Below, piece by piece: positions 1 through 12,600 of a DNA stretch of 64,000 nucleotides. Origin of the DNA: Phoronis australis. Lineage: Eukaryota; Animalia; Phoronida. Made by a program: the position numbers and the translations under genes. Location: assembly GCA_002633005.1 (NCBI GenBank), contig NMRA01000232.1, positions 546,866 through 610,865 of the forward strand. The letters run 5' to 3'. The notes below the pieces were generated by a model that saw nothing but the letters and a program-made list of their open reading frames with translations, did not search any database and was not told the DNA's origin. Every line of letters starts with the position of its first letter. Position 1 is the first letter of the stretch.

Positions 1-639
1 ATTTTCTAGATTGTAACAAAGATAAGACGTTCTGCTAGGCATGCGTCAATGCGTAGCTAGTATGGCCCTCATGCTGCCACAATATTCCCAGTCGGCACCA
101 ACTCCACCCCAGGTAGTCACAGAATATCACATTGTCCATACTTTGCTGACTCTCTCCCCCCTCCTCCGATCACCGTCGTGTATCTCATGTATTGTTTTCG
201 TTTCTCTGCTCATGAGTTACATAATAACTAGGCTTCATTACTGAAAAACTAATGAGAACAATTGTTAATGATGATGTCCTAATTACACTCGCAATCTCAT
301 AATTATGTACGAACCACGTCTACCGCTAGATGTGTGTGTTGTGAACATGGACCCTTTGTTCCACAACGTTTTCCTGTGTAAAAAAACATTTTGGATCCGT
401 CATATAATAACGTTACACATACACCGCGTTTATCCTCCGACACCTAGCGTACAAACAATCGCCCTGTACGCGTATTCAGACGAATGCGTCTCTGTTCGAA
501 CTAAGTTTCGGTCTCAAACGTTTTTTTTGCAAATCGGCCGCACGCCTAAGTGTTAGGAGCAAGTGTTTTAAAGTGGACTTGTTGAGTTTTTTTTGTCAGT
601 TCGCCCTTCTTTTCAATCAATTGAGTAATCTTCAATTAA

Positions 640-1800
640 AAACAAGTCAAGGTTCACTGTTTCCACCGGATACGATCATCCATCTTCAAAACTTTCTGTC
701 TGTGAAAAACATTCTCTGTATTTTGGAATTTCAACCATTGTGCTTGACTGGATCTTTTATAAACTTAAAAACTAGATGGACAAATGCGTCCACAATCTTA
801 CAGATCTGACTCATTCTTCAGAAAGATCTGTACTCAAGAGGGACGTCGTCCACTATTAACAGAGCTAAGTCATGTTTGTTAATCTGATTTGTCATTTTTG
901 GGGAATGATTGATATAATCAGTAGAACCATAGTAGAACATATATCTAAGGCAGGTTACGATTGATAGAATCGGTAGAGCCATCATAGCCTACAACATGTA
1001 TCTAAGGCAGGTTGTAACATGAAGATTGCATGTTGGATCCTTCATTAAGAGTTTAAAGTTTTCATGGACAACTACAAAGAAGGGTCATGGCAACGACTTG
1101 TTTTTCATAACCCCCTTCATTTGCCATTTTTTGCAGTGTTTCACACCTGCCGTGTCTCATTCTCAAGGTCTTCAGCTTATGTTCTGTGGTGGTATAACTG
1201 CGTCATTTTGTTCGGTTCCACTTGAGAATGAAACAAGTATGTCTCGAAATATAGGATTTTTAATCATGTCTCTTGGTCACGTGCTTCAACAATGTCCTTT
1301 GGAGTGTGGAATTTTATTTCGAGCATACGAACGGAACGGAATAAAGACTGTTCATAACGACAAGAGTCGTGTATTTATTCAATATTGCACATCGGAAAAC
1401 TTGCTCCCGAATACAGTCATAATCAATTTATGAAAGCACACAATTTGATGCACTTTGGTGATTCCATTTTCAAGCATTCCGCGCCAAATTGTACCTAACA
1501 TTTTCTAGAAAGAAGTGTTTTTACATGCCAGTGAGGTTATCTGCAAAATTAAATAAGAAAAACATGATTTCATGTCGAAGCCGTTATGGTATAACTCAAA
1601 GTTTCCTACTGGTGGTAATGCTACTTGTTTCGAACGATGGTACGAGAAAGGAGTTATCTGGGCACGTGATGTTTTGGATAGTGGTGAATTTCTGTCTTAC
1701 CAAAACTTTTGTGTGAAATTTGTATTTCCCACTAATTACAAAATTTTACAATCTATTTGGATTCCTTCGGCCTATTTTATGTGCTTGTTACTATTCCAAG
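640..1800 (+). mobile_element. Decayed L1/Tx1-clade LINE ORF2 fragment (post-RT region), apparently interrupted by an insertion at ~920-1270
   Basis: ORF 1572-1817 reads KPLWYNSKF...FERWYEKGVIWARDVLDSGEFLSY, matching the PLWxN...WxxKGIxxxxD motif found C-terminal to RT in Tx1/L1 ORF2. Flanking frames are broken by stops and frameshifts. Boundaries are approximate. Confidence 0.65.
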
Positions 1801-2072
1801 TCTTCCCAATTCCTTAAGAGTCTTATTTAGTGAGCATTCAAATAAAAAGTCTACACTCACTTAAAAGTAACGGTTATCATAGGCAACAAAATCTGACGTC
1901 AAGTGGGAAAACCGGTTTCAATTTAGACTATCACATACAATTATTGTTGACACGACTTTGTTCTGTTTTTACGAGTTTAATTTCGGTTCTTTCAAACTCT
2001 CTAAAACGAAATCTTGTGTTTACATCCCAATAGTGCAATAAAAATCCAATAGACATCATTAGGTAACATTAT

Positions 2073-2119
2073 ATACAAAGCGATATTTCGAGACACATAT
2101 CTCATCTTCAGGCTTGTAT
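2073..2119 (-). ncRNA. Minimal type-I hammerhead ribozyme in the Penelope pLTR
   Basis: Minus strand reads AUACAAGC-CUGAAGA-U-GAGAU-AUGU-GUCUC-GAA-AUAU-C-GCUUUGUAU. Stem I is AUACAAGC/GCUUUGUAU with one bulge. The CUGANGA and GAAA core is intact. Stem II is GAGAU/GUCUC. A palindromic AUAU replaces stem III. Predicted AUC cleavage falls between 2082 and 2081. Confidence 0.8.
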
Positions 2120-2207
2120 TTACTACTAGTTCACAGTGAAACGCACATCATAAATGACAAATGCAATATAACACGTGAAATTGGCACGCCAAACTATGAC
2201 GATATAA

Positions 2208-2270
2208 ACACAGACACACACACGCACGCACGCCCGCCCGCACGCACACACATACACACACACATATACT
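2208..2270. repeat. Compound (CA)n/(CGCA)n/(CGCC)n microsatellite
   Basis: Directly visible: cacacacacgcacgcacgcccgcccgcacgcacacacatacacacacaca. Confidence 0.9.
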
Positions 2271-4865
2271 GTATATAGACACACCGAATTATAACGATAG
2301 AGCCCGTCGAGTTCTAGTTAGCTGCTCATTCAAGTTAGGTTTTTCGAACATTATTAGAAGCAACTCTAATGTTCGTATCCTGTGTACATCATTCGCAATG
2401 TAGCGAATGACTGTGTTGTCAGCGATCTCTTGACGAGTTATCTTGCGACCGTGAACGTTTTGAAAATGGTCTTTTATAGAGCCATTTTGCAAATGCATTG
2501 AAAGTGGTCGCGACAAGGAGCAGACTGTATGCCCAATGTAGTTTTGTTTCTCGTGAGGACGAAATAGTTCGACCGCGGGACAAGTGAACTTATAAACAAC
2601 ATTACATCTAGCAACAGTCCGGACCTTCTCACGACTATTATGATTTTTCATCACTAAATTAGAAGTCTCCCTATTTTTGTAATAAATAATTACATCTAAC
2701 ATGTCTTTTCGATTAAAAACTCTTACACTATTAAAGATGTTCTTAAGAATTTGCACATCTTGTACCTAACTTTAGGACATACAATTTTTGTAGTATAGGT
2801 TTAACATTACAAGTAAATGTTCGTACATTATAATGGTGTTCAACTTTTGAGACAAAATGAGCGAAATGACGACATAATTCATCTTTATTGGCTTTGTCCT
2901 CGTATCCTAAACACTTTGGCATACGTTCGATTTGTTCTTTTTTGAAAAAACTTCTGTGACGCTTCATTTCACTCTACTTTCATTTGTGAAAAATGGAGCA
3001 CCGGATATTATTTATCTCATACTCTGTTTAACTAACATAAAAGTAGACTAAAGAATTCACCTCCCCTCAGTTGAGATCAAAATTACAGTGTTTTAAAGTT
3101 GAAAAACTTTGTTTTTTATGAAAAACTGAATTTGAAAATAGATCTTCTCTTGTAGGTTCACTGTTTAGTTGAAAATCTAGATATTTGATCCCAGTGCGGC
3201 GGGGTGTGAGGTTTGTATACGCTGTGAATGGTAGTTTTCGTACTCAGTTGCTGGTGTACATTCGAACTGCATAATACGTGTAATATAAATCATGGCTACA
3301 CTCTAATAAAAAAAACAATGGGTCGGTTTGGAGTGGGTCCTTGTATAGCCTAATAAAAAAGCGGCGAAAGGTTTCATGACGACATTCCGTTACCCGGCAT
3401 ACAACCGGCTGCCCTATGAGGACCACCCAAGGGCTTATAGGTGCATCGGTCAACTTAAAGGCCTTGCCGAGAGCAACGGACCCTAGTAACCCACCCGCGT
3501 TACAGAACAGCAGCTTCATGGCAGTTCGAAGAACGAATCACAGAGTAATGCATGGAGACAAGCCAAGAATACAACAAATAAAACTGATGTGGGGCTCCTG
3601 AATGGAGCGATATACAAAGGTGCTTGACGGATGTTGCGGCGTCATGGGTAATTACCGTGACACTAGAGAGAGAGAGAGAGATTTTCCGACAACTTAATCA
3701 GTAGCGACTGATTCACATGGGACCAGATACCAGTGGCATCTAGCCGAGGAGGCACTTTATAACTTTTGTTTTACACACATTAGGCGTAATCGCATGGTAA
3801 AAGGGTCTTATCGTGAAGTCGAACTGTTATAGACAGCTATAGTCTGATGTCACCCACTGTGTAGACTAAGCAACTCCTGGTATAGCTTTAGGTGGCGCTT
3901 CGAGTCACCAGAAGAGTCCCATGTTGTCAGCCTCCATTGCTTCCAGCATAGATACCTATATTCTCTGCAGTCCAGCAGTCCCGCCAGGTCGCTGTGTAAT
4001 CTCAGGGTGTTTCCGGCCGGCATCGCCGGACACACGAGGAACGCCAGTGTAAAACAGATATCCAGTAGGTGTCGAAATACACTCTCGCACCTTCAAAACA
4101 GCTAACCCAAGCCCACGAACCTCGAACCCTGGTCCAGGCCTTAGTGAACAGCGGGAACACAGGGAATCGGAGAAACTGAGGACACCCCGGCGGCGGGGAC
4201 GCCGCTACAGCTACACCGGCCATTCCCACACTTTCTGTCGACTCAAAATTTTTGATCGGAAAAATAAATCTTCCTATTCATAGTAGGCCTAGTTGTTGCG
4301 ATATGTCGTTACCTGAGAATTTTAGACAATTTATGACGGATTGGCGTTCTATGTTATTCTGCTGCTAAAGTTTTGGTGCTAAGTTTAGCATCGACTTTCG
4401 GCGTCGTGAAATATTGCGTCACCTATTGGCCACTTCTTTCCTCCAATTCTTCAATCAAGTGTTCTTCTTCCACGAGGTTGAGTACATGTCACAACAAAAC
4501 AAGCAACAATGGCACTGGAAAGTCGAAATAATATTTTTGTTTTTCATTTTTGAAAATATTTTGGAGGAATTATTGAATAATCTGAAATTATCTACTCATT
4601 CACAGCGATTAGTCCACAGAAAACTAGTTCATTGCACTGGGTTTATCAAGTATCAGAGTCAATATAATTTAGGTTACGTTTTATTCTTGACAATTTTTAA
4701 CAAACATATACAGAACACAGCTGGAAAGTTCTTACATCTGTTTTAAACAGGGGTTCCTGTTTCGATGGAACACCCTGAATCTTGGATGGTCCTGTTTTCA
4801 ATCCAACCACATTGAAAAAGAGTGACATGAATGAGGTCTGGATATATATCCAAGAAACAAAAATG

Positions 4866-4936
4866 TGCACTAGCCGGGAATCGAACCCGGGCCTCCCGCG
4901 TGGCAGGCGAGAATTCTACCACTGAACCACCAGTGC
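4866..4936 (-). tRNA. tRNA-Gly (anticodon GCC)
   Basis: Reverse complement is GCACTGGTGGTTCAGTGGTAGAATTCTCGCCTGCCACGCGGGAGGCCCGGGTTCGATTCCCGGCTAGTGCA (71 nt). It has a 7-bp acceptor stem with one G-U, a D-loop AGTGGTA, anticodon loop CTGCCAC and T-loop TTCGATT. A TTTTT Pol III terminator follows 2 nt downstream. Confidence 0.97.
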
Positions 4937-5451
4937 TTACATACCAATAATATGATTTTATTCTTATTTAATACGTAGATAGAACTGTTACATCAAGTGA
5001 AACGTAAGCACTATAATTATGGAGATTTTATTTTTTAATCTATGCATAAATGGCAACACACAATGTTATCCTGCCTTTATAAGCACGTAATATCACAGAA
5101 AATAAAGCACACGACAGCTCACTATCCAACAAAAGAGCATCAATGTACAATTTTGTTCACGTCGTGAACAAAATTAACATAGGCTACGAACACCAAGAAA
5201 AAGTACACTGAGTATTAACACACTCTTACTGACTCACTTTAACTCTTTAACAAGATTTCTGTTTCAAGCAAAGTTTTATTTCGGATTTTCGAGCTCGCAT
5301 CTCATTTAACTGGTAGGGGGCGGTAGTCAGCAGTCTTGTGACAATTTCGGGCTGATCACCAGTCACAAGACGTGTGGACCGCCCACGCCCGAGTTCATAG
5401 TGACCGGTTTTGTCATTGTTGTTAATGTGAAATAACGGAGCGGTTCCAAAA

Positions 5452-8400
5452 ATGATGTGCGGAGGAACAGGCGAGGAAAAAAACGCAGACGAAGAAATTC
5501 AGGCTTTGATAGAAAAGGTAGTCATCAAGTCATTCTTGAGTCTTGACCTTGACATTGATAATTGTTACTCTGCTCTGGCAAACCAGCCTCACACTTGCAA
5601 AGTGTAGAGCAGGCGTGCGTTCAGTAGACGCTAGGACCTACGCTAGGACCTAGCTAAAATCTAGTCAAAGTCACGTATTTGTATTTGAAATACACGGCAA
5701 TCTCGCGTAATTGCTTTATAGCGAGGTCCTAACGTTACTGAACGGGAGGCCGGTCTGCCTCCTGACTTGGCCCGTCACCCGACCAGCCGCCATGAAAAGG
5801 TTGATGGTTGTCTTCAGACAAATTACTGACCTGACGTGATTTTCTAGTTGCAGCAATCCCGTCCCCAAAAAAGCTTCTGACTTGGGAAAATCCAGACAGC
5901 CCTTGACTGCTTTGCCGCTGATCTGCTCAGATCTGTAAACTCAGAGGGAAAACGTAATCAGCAAGTCAAAGTCTTTCAGAAGTCAGTTGCCATGTAAAGG
6001 TGTTGGTTCAGTCTAAGTTGTTCACCGATTTTTATTTTTTTCTTGGTCATAACATCGTGAAAATTATTTTCTCAAAATTTTAGGATAATGATTTTAGTTA
6101 TGGCTGGCCACTTTTTGACCCAGACAAGACTACGACTACGCCCTTCGTTATTCAAACCTGGCCCAACTGTAACAGTAGACCACTCAGCCTTGGGTACACG
6201 AGTTGAAGTCTAGGGTTTTTAGTGACGTGGCAATGACTTTCCTGAGGCTACTGGTATATGCATGGCATTTCAGCATTCTGTCGTTCAGCAACTTTTCCAG
6301 ACGTGAGGGGTGCTGAACGTGGGATAACATCTGGCTCTTTTAATTGTTAACTGCCCAGCTCAATCTTTTGCCCCGTATGGTAACAAACAGGCCAATTATC
6401 TCCCAGGCTTCAAAGGAAATATATGGTAGTTGCACATTATTACCGAAAGCGTATGAACACAGTCAAACCCAGTGCGTTGGTGATCCGTTTGGGACAGAAT
6501 AGATTCCGGTAATTGTCTTAACTTCTGTTGTAGATGGGGGATTTTGGTGATTTAAAAACGAAACATGATCATGCAGCATTCAGAAATGCTATTGGTTTAA
6601 GCTCAAATATGCTAAAACTTAATTTTCATATTTATCAGCCCAGTCAGGCTAGATATGATCTGATCGGAGATTAGAGCAATTATCAAACAAAAAAGCGCAG
6701 GCCCTCCAACTGTAAATGCCTGAATGGAGTTAATCAGTCGTGTAAGATATTGGCAAGGGGGTAAACTTCCCAAGTTGTTGCCTGGGCTATAGAATCGAAG
6801 AAGTTGGGAGCAACGGGATGTCACTATCGTGGATTCCAAGAAATGTGTGCAAAATGTGTCATAACAGAAAAATTTCACAAATGCTCCTGAGACATGTGCC
6901 AGAGTCATGTTTTGGGAATACTACATGTAAAACCTCTCATACTTTTTACTCGATGATTATCCTTTTGTATGGTTCCTCCTTATTATTGATTGTCACCTGC
7001 AGTTAATTGGACTTGAAGAGGATAACCAGTGTCATATATTCCAACTTAGAACTTTGTGGACACTTGTAAATCACTGATGGGCATCATTTACATTCATTAT
7101 TCCTATTGAAATTGATATGCAAGGTCAGTGAACCCTGCTCTGTACCAGATGAACTGTGTAACTAAACACTCCTTAATAAAGGGTTTATGGTCCTGGCTGA
7201 GAAGATAAGTGTTTGATTACCAGCTGTGGATCCATGAGCCTGAAATGTGCACCAAAACTGACTCATGGCAGTAGTGATTAGCCTGGATGGTGACCAACCC
7301 TTGCCAAATGATAGCAATGAGTGTTAGTAACCAGATAAGTGACAAGGAATATCATTGTCAGTTCACTGACATTGTATGAGTGTGTGACATTGTATGGCGT
7401 TGTATGAGTGCTCAAATATGATCAAAGAAGGCAAAAGTTGAATGTGTAGACCATGGAAGGTGGAGATGTAATTCACTGACACCCACTATAGCTGTTTTTG
7501 CAATTAGCATCTGCAAGAAGACTTCATCATTGTGTGTCAGATTTATGATGTTGCAGTAAGTCAACCCAAAAGGGGTAAGGTGAGGTTGATTTATGAAACA
7601 GCTAATTGTTACATAATTCTTCACTTACTTTGCACCAAAAACTAATTGCCAAAATTGTTATATTTTCATTTTCATAGGCTGATCACTCAACTGCATATAG
7701 TGGAAAGTGTTATTTCTTTTACATCGACTTAGCATAAATCAGACTAGGTATAGAATAAATATTTTTTTAATCTTTAGTGAAAAAAATTGAGAAGTGGTAT
7801 TTCACTTTTCGGTCGTATTGTGTTCTGGATAAGTGAAAAAATATGGTATCTGATTGATGCATTGTGTCATTAAAGTTAATGGTCAAAGGGTGATGCATTC
7901 CTCATCCCCAGCTCTGCCTAGAGTCAACCTTGCTTCTCAGTAGGATGCTAAAGGCAGCTTTGCTTTAATGGGAACTGTAGAATAAGTGATGTGGCAATTG
8001 ATCGGATGTACAGGTTGAATCAAGAAGTCTTCTATACTGTTCAAGAACAACTTGTTTTTTATTATATTTCATTTACGTTATAGGTCAGATCTGATGTGCA
8101 GTCCAAGCTAACTAATACTGGCCTGTACAAGGCAGTCTCTTACAAAACACAAGTTGTTGCAGGAACAAACTTTTTTGTGAAGGTAAGTATTATTTTGGCA
8201 TTTAATTTTTCATTGTTTCTTTCAACCAAATTGATGGCACAATAAACTCCTGCCTGTCAAAACCAACTTTTGATTGAGGCTGCGTAGTGTTATACTAAAA
8301 TTCAATGGCCTAATATTGTTCCTTGCTCAGATCAGAAATGATTTTGTAGTTGAGAAAATCTGACAGACCTCGTTATTTACTTCAGACCAAACTTATCGAG

Positions 8401-9635
8401 TTACATTTTTCATAGTGGGTTAATATTTCATTCTCAAACTGAATGCAGTCTGGCTGTCTGGAGAATTCCAAGGGATAAACTAACCAAATTCAGTCATCAG
8501 ACTATGGATAAGAATGTCGGATGTTCTTTGGAAGAGTAATTAATACTCCTGCAAAAAGAACTTGATAGTTTTATCTCCAGAACCTGGTTTATAGGTCATT
8601 AACAAGGTGTCTAACACTCAACTTTTTGCAAAAAATGTGGTAACCTCGCTGGCATGATTTATACTTTTGAAACTAATCTGCTTATTGTAGATGTTCGAAT
8701 CTTTTCTCACCGATATCAGTGCATTCTGGTGACCACTGAAATTTGAACAGGTTGTTGCAAGGTTCGGACAGAATCTATAAATCTGAACTTGCAAACTTTT
8801 TGAGAGTTAACAGGAGTGACAGAAATATAACCTAGTTGTTATGGCTATATTCTTTCAGCTTGGAAAACTCTGTGTGTTTATCTGATCACCTCTTGTACTT
8901 GTGGGGCTTCATACAGTAATGTGATCAAGTATAACTCACCATTAAAACATTATTTGACTTTTCTCCCTAAAGAAATTCCTTTGGTTATGAGTAAATTTAA
9001 TTCTTGAGGATGGCTGATTTTCTGCTCACTGGTACAAAATTGTTTGACAATTGATTTCAGGCATTCATTGTTAACTAGCATTTGGTTGTTTGCTAAATCC
9101 TTATGAATTAAAATGTTTGGTAAGGAAGGCTGCACACATGGTTATAAAGTGTGATCATGAGGCTCGTTCCAACAAAACTGACTTAGCGGAGACAAATCTT
9201 AAAAATTTTAGTAAATTTTAAAATCAAAATTAAATGTGTGTTCAAGAAAGAGATCTTATGTTTGACGTAATAAGTTTTTGAGTTTGGAAGTTAAGTCAAA
9301 ACTGAACTTAATTCTGTTTCTTGGAACGAGCCTAGCTGGGATGATTCCACTAAGTCTTATCAAATCAGAAAAGTGCTGTAGATAATTAGAGATAATTTGG
9401 TAATTAAACTACCACAAAACTGTTACAGGTTGCAATTAAGTTATTCTTTATCCTATTCAATGGTCTAGTTATTCCTTGTTTGCTTTTTTCTCTCTAGGTG
9501 AAAATTGGGGATGGAGAGTATGTCCATTTGCGAATTTTCCGACCTCTCCCACCAAACCATGAAAAGCCAGAAGTGCATGGTGTGAGAACAGGTTTAGGTG
9601 AATCTGATGCTCTGGACTTCTTTGAAAGCAACTAA
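5452..9635 (+). CDS. CSTB: Type-1 cystatin (stefin, cystatin-A/B-like), 100 aa, 3 exons
   Basis: Exons 5452-5517, 8084-8182 and 9498-9635 (all GT-AG, phase 0) give MMCGGTGEEKNADEEIQALIEK|VRSDVQSKLTNTGLYKAVSYKTQVVAGTNFFVK|VKIGDGEYVHLRIFRPLPPNHEKPEVHGVRTGLGESDALDFFESN*. It has the N-terminal Gly, QVVAG and LP motifs and no signal peptide. The ORF track misses it. Confidence 0.95.
5618..5744. mobile_element. Short MITE in cystatin intron 1 (same family as 44545-44691)
   Basis: Inverted ends CGTTCAGTA(G)ACGCTAGGAC...GTCCTAACGTTACTGAACG. The internal sequence aligns by eye with 44545-44691. Confidence 0.75.
9160..9333. mobile_element. MITE with 13-bp terminal inverted repeats
   Basis: AGGCTCGTTCCAA ... 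TTGGAACGAGCCT around an AT-rich core in cystatin intron 2. No clear TSD. Confidence 0.6.
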
Positions 9636-12600
9636 GGAGCTATTGGGGGAAGAATTTACTCATAGTCAAGTTTTATCGGGTGTTTAACCCCAGCCCTCGT
9701 CTGTTGAAATTGCCGCTGTGATTTTTTATTTTTGTCCATCTCGTGATGTTTGATATTGTAATTGCCATTGACATTTGCCAGTAAATTGATTCACGTAATC
9801 ATTGCCTTCTAGATATAGAGCAGACACCATTAAATTTGATGGACAAATTCATGAGACCACACTGCTGCCTGATGGTTTCGTAATTGGCCCAGTTATGTTG
9901 CACACCCAGTAGAATTCATGAGGAACATATTGCAACATTAAACAAACATTTTAGGTTGTAAAAGTCGAATTTCTTGTCCAAAAATTCAGAAATCTAATCA
10001 CACAAATGCATTTCACAACTATTCAATTATGCTACACACAAACAAAAAATAAAAATACTATTAAGTTGCCCCCAAGATGTTTTAATGGGTCTCAGTATCT
10101 AGAGAACGAGAACATCAGCAGCAACTGCTGGAAAATACCGTCCGATCCACTAAGGACCATAATGTCCAATCTGATATAAGGAGTATGACTTTTTGCTTGA
10201 TTCCTGCCTTTAACTTGAAAGGTTGATGCCAATGATGCATTAGCAACAGATCGAGGATTAGTATCATCAAAACTTCAGGTTTCGTATACTTTTAACGAAA
10301 CAAGACATCCGTTTTCATTACCACGTCAACGGCCCACAAACAGCGCCTGTGGACTATTGCAGGAAGACCTGGTATTACCAGCGTTCCTGGTATTAATTAC
10401 CAGGAAGAATGTATTGTCGCACTCTACACTGTGACAACTCCTACACTAACAGAGGTTTTGTTACCCCATCGCCAAAGCAAGCCTAATCCAGGCTGTGACT
10501 AAGATGTCCTAACTGATTCTCAAATTTATGCTCGTGGCTTAGCCGCGATGCTGAAGAAAACCTATTCGTTAATTTCTCTTATAATGCACCGGTTTTAAAA
10601 ATTCAAAGACGCCTAATATTTACTTTTCAGTTATAAGAGCAGTCATGTTGGAAGCTTGCCATACTTAATATTCTTTATTTACTTAGAAATTCGTATGCTA
10701 AAAAGGGGTCGATGTTGGTTTATGACCGCAATTATGTCATACAGCACGTTCAGCCACGCCTATGAATAGCAACCAACTCACTTTAATCCGTGACTGTGCC
10801 ACCAAGCATTTGATGTGCCGAGGAATTTGCTGGATACTCTGAGTAAACAGTGTATGCTTTCTCGTCCACTAGCCTATATGTTCCGGGTGCAACAATATAT
10901 GCCTTGGACACTGAAACATGTCACTCTGTCAAGAATGCGTGTCTAGTGCAACATTATATGTCACAACAGGGTGCTGCACGGATCGTACTCATTAGTCCAC
11001 TGCTGCCAGCACATTGTCATCGCAAACCTCTTTGTTAAGTTTCATAAGGCTTTCCATTGGTTCTCTAGATATCAGTCAGATAAGCTCTTACCCCACAAAG
11101 GTACACTGAAAAGTATTGCCCCTCTGGACCTGCATGGGGAGCAGATTGAAAAATGGCGTCTACTGTTCTACATGGTTGTATATTTCAGGTGCGCATTAAA
11201 AAACTTACAGTGAGTACTGTAATGGAGAGTAAAAGCACAACTTCACAATATTCAGTTGGCCAGTGGTTGTTATCGAAGCAACTGTAACGACCGCAAATGC
11301 GTCACTTGGTGAAGCACAGAATGTGCGTTCAGTGACACGCACACCCAATGTTTAAGCCGTGTACATGCTGTTTCAGCTAAGCAGGTGCTTAGGGTCTCAA
11401 ACGGCCAATAGCCTTTGCTTACCCATGGCCACGCCCAGAAAAACGTCACAACTGCCTGCAACGTCAAAATTTATCATTCAAGTTTCATGAATAAACATTT
11501 TCCACAAGCAAAAATATACATGCATATATAGCAGAGCATTCAACAAGTTTTGAAATTTTCTAGTTAGACCTGTTCACATCCATAGCTAAAGCATATTTTA
11601 TGAAGGGAACATATCAAATATTGATTTCTGTTACATACACACAAATGGATACTTTCAGCATCATGCATAACCAATGTCAAATGGCAACATGTAGTGCCAC
11701 GGAACAAACACCAACGTTTGAAAATTAAATTTTCAAAGCCCAACAAATATCATCATTCATTAACAAAAAAAATGTTCTCCGTATCTTTCATGAAATTAAT
11801 ATGTCAAAATCCTTCAGTGCGCATTCCTAAGAATAAAGCAGAAAAAACAAGAAAGAACTATAAATTAGCACACTGAATTACAAATGAAGTCATTACGGCA
11901 ACAAAGAGACAAGGAGATGATTGACTACAGCTCGACTTGAGTAGTGACAATATTGTTGAACAATTTTTTTGTAAACGTACAACACCTTTACACTAAAACA
12001 CGTGACGAATACCATAACTCAGTTACTCCATAACAAAACTACATGTACAATGTCCATTTTCTCAAGGCACACAAAATGATATGGTACAACTGCATATACT
12101 CGTTTTTGTCGGTAGACCCATGCGCCTAAATCTGAAATAATGTGTTTTTAATAAAGATTTTTTCAAGTGTTTCGTGTAAAGGCCCACATACCTAAGCTTC
12201 ACCTACATGCCCTGGTGGACATCGGATATCATCGTAAATTGGGTGTTGTGTACTGTTTCCATTCTTATTACAATCAACTTAATAGTTGTCACTTACTATG
12301 AATTGAAAACATCAAAATCGATCAGAAAATGGATAAATCAATTTTCACACACATTTTAGAACTTTGTTAGACGTCTTTCATTCAGGTGGAGGCAACTACT
12401 TCCAAATATAGGGTAAGCCTCACACAACTATTTCTGAATATAATTAAATCTCACTTGAGCAAAAGTGCAGTCTCCAAGAATATACACAAAACTGCTAGTT
12501 ACTAAGATAATTTCTATAAAGTATTTTTGAGGTGCTTGGCTAAACATTTGTTCAGAAATTGTGAAGTGGATGTGTAAGACCAAATTTCAGTCTTAAGTTA

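Larger units (their letters stand above)
2050..2990 (-). mobile_element. Penelope-like retroelement remnant: GIY-YIG endonuclease plus 3' pLTR
   Basis: ORF 2289-2756 has NVVYKFTCP...NYIGHT...H...GSIKDH...H...LELLLIMFEKPNLNEQ, the GIY-YIG domain with CCHH-type residues and terminal E..I....P.LN typical of PLEs. An upstream frameshifted ORF (2743-2967) continues it. A microsatellite and a hammerhead motif follow downstream. Confidence 0.85.

Noticed and set aside
3584-3615. CTGATGTGGG-GCTCC-TGAAT-GGAGC-GATA as a hammerhead
   Set aside because: Both core boxes deviate (no CUGANGA, GAUA instead of GAAA) and no stem I is evident.
3995-4010. CCC-TGA ending the 73-aa ORF as an antizyme-type +1 frameshift or selenocysteine codon
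   Set aside because: The +1 frame stops after 15 codons with no antizyme similarity. The readthrough frame meets further stops and I saw no SECIS.
4100-4235. CTAACCC plus a downstream ACA as telomerase RNA
   Set aside because: The template is incomplete (CTAACCCA), and I found no pseudoknot or H box.
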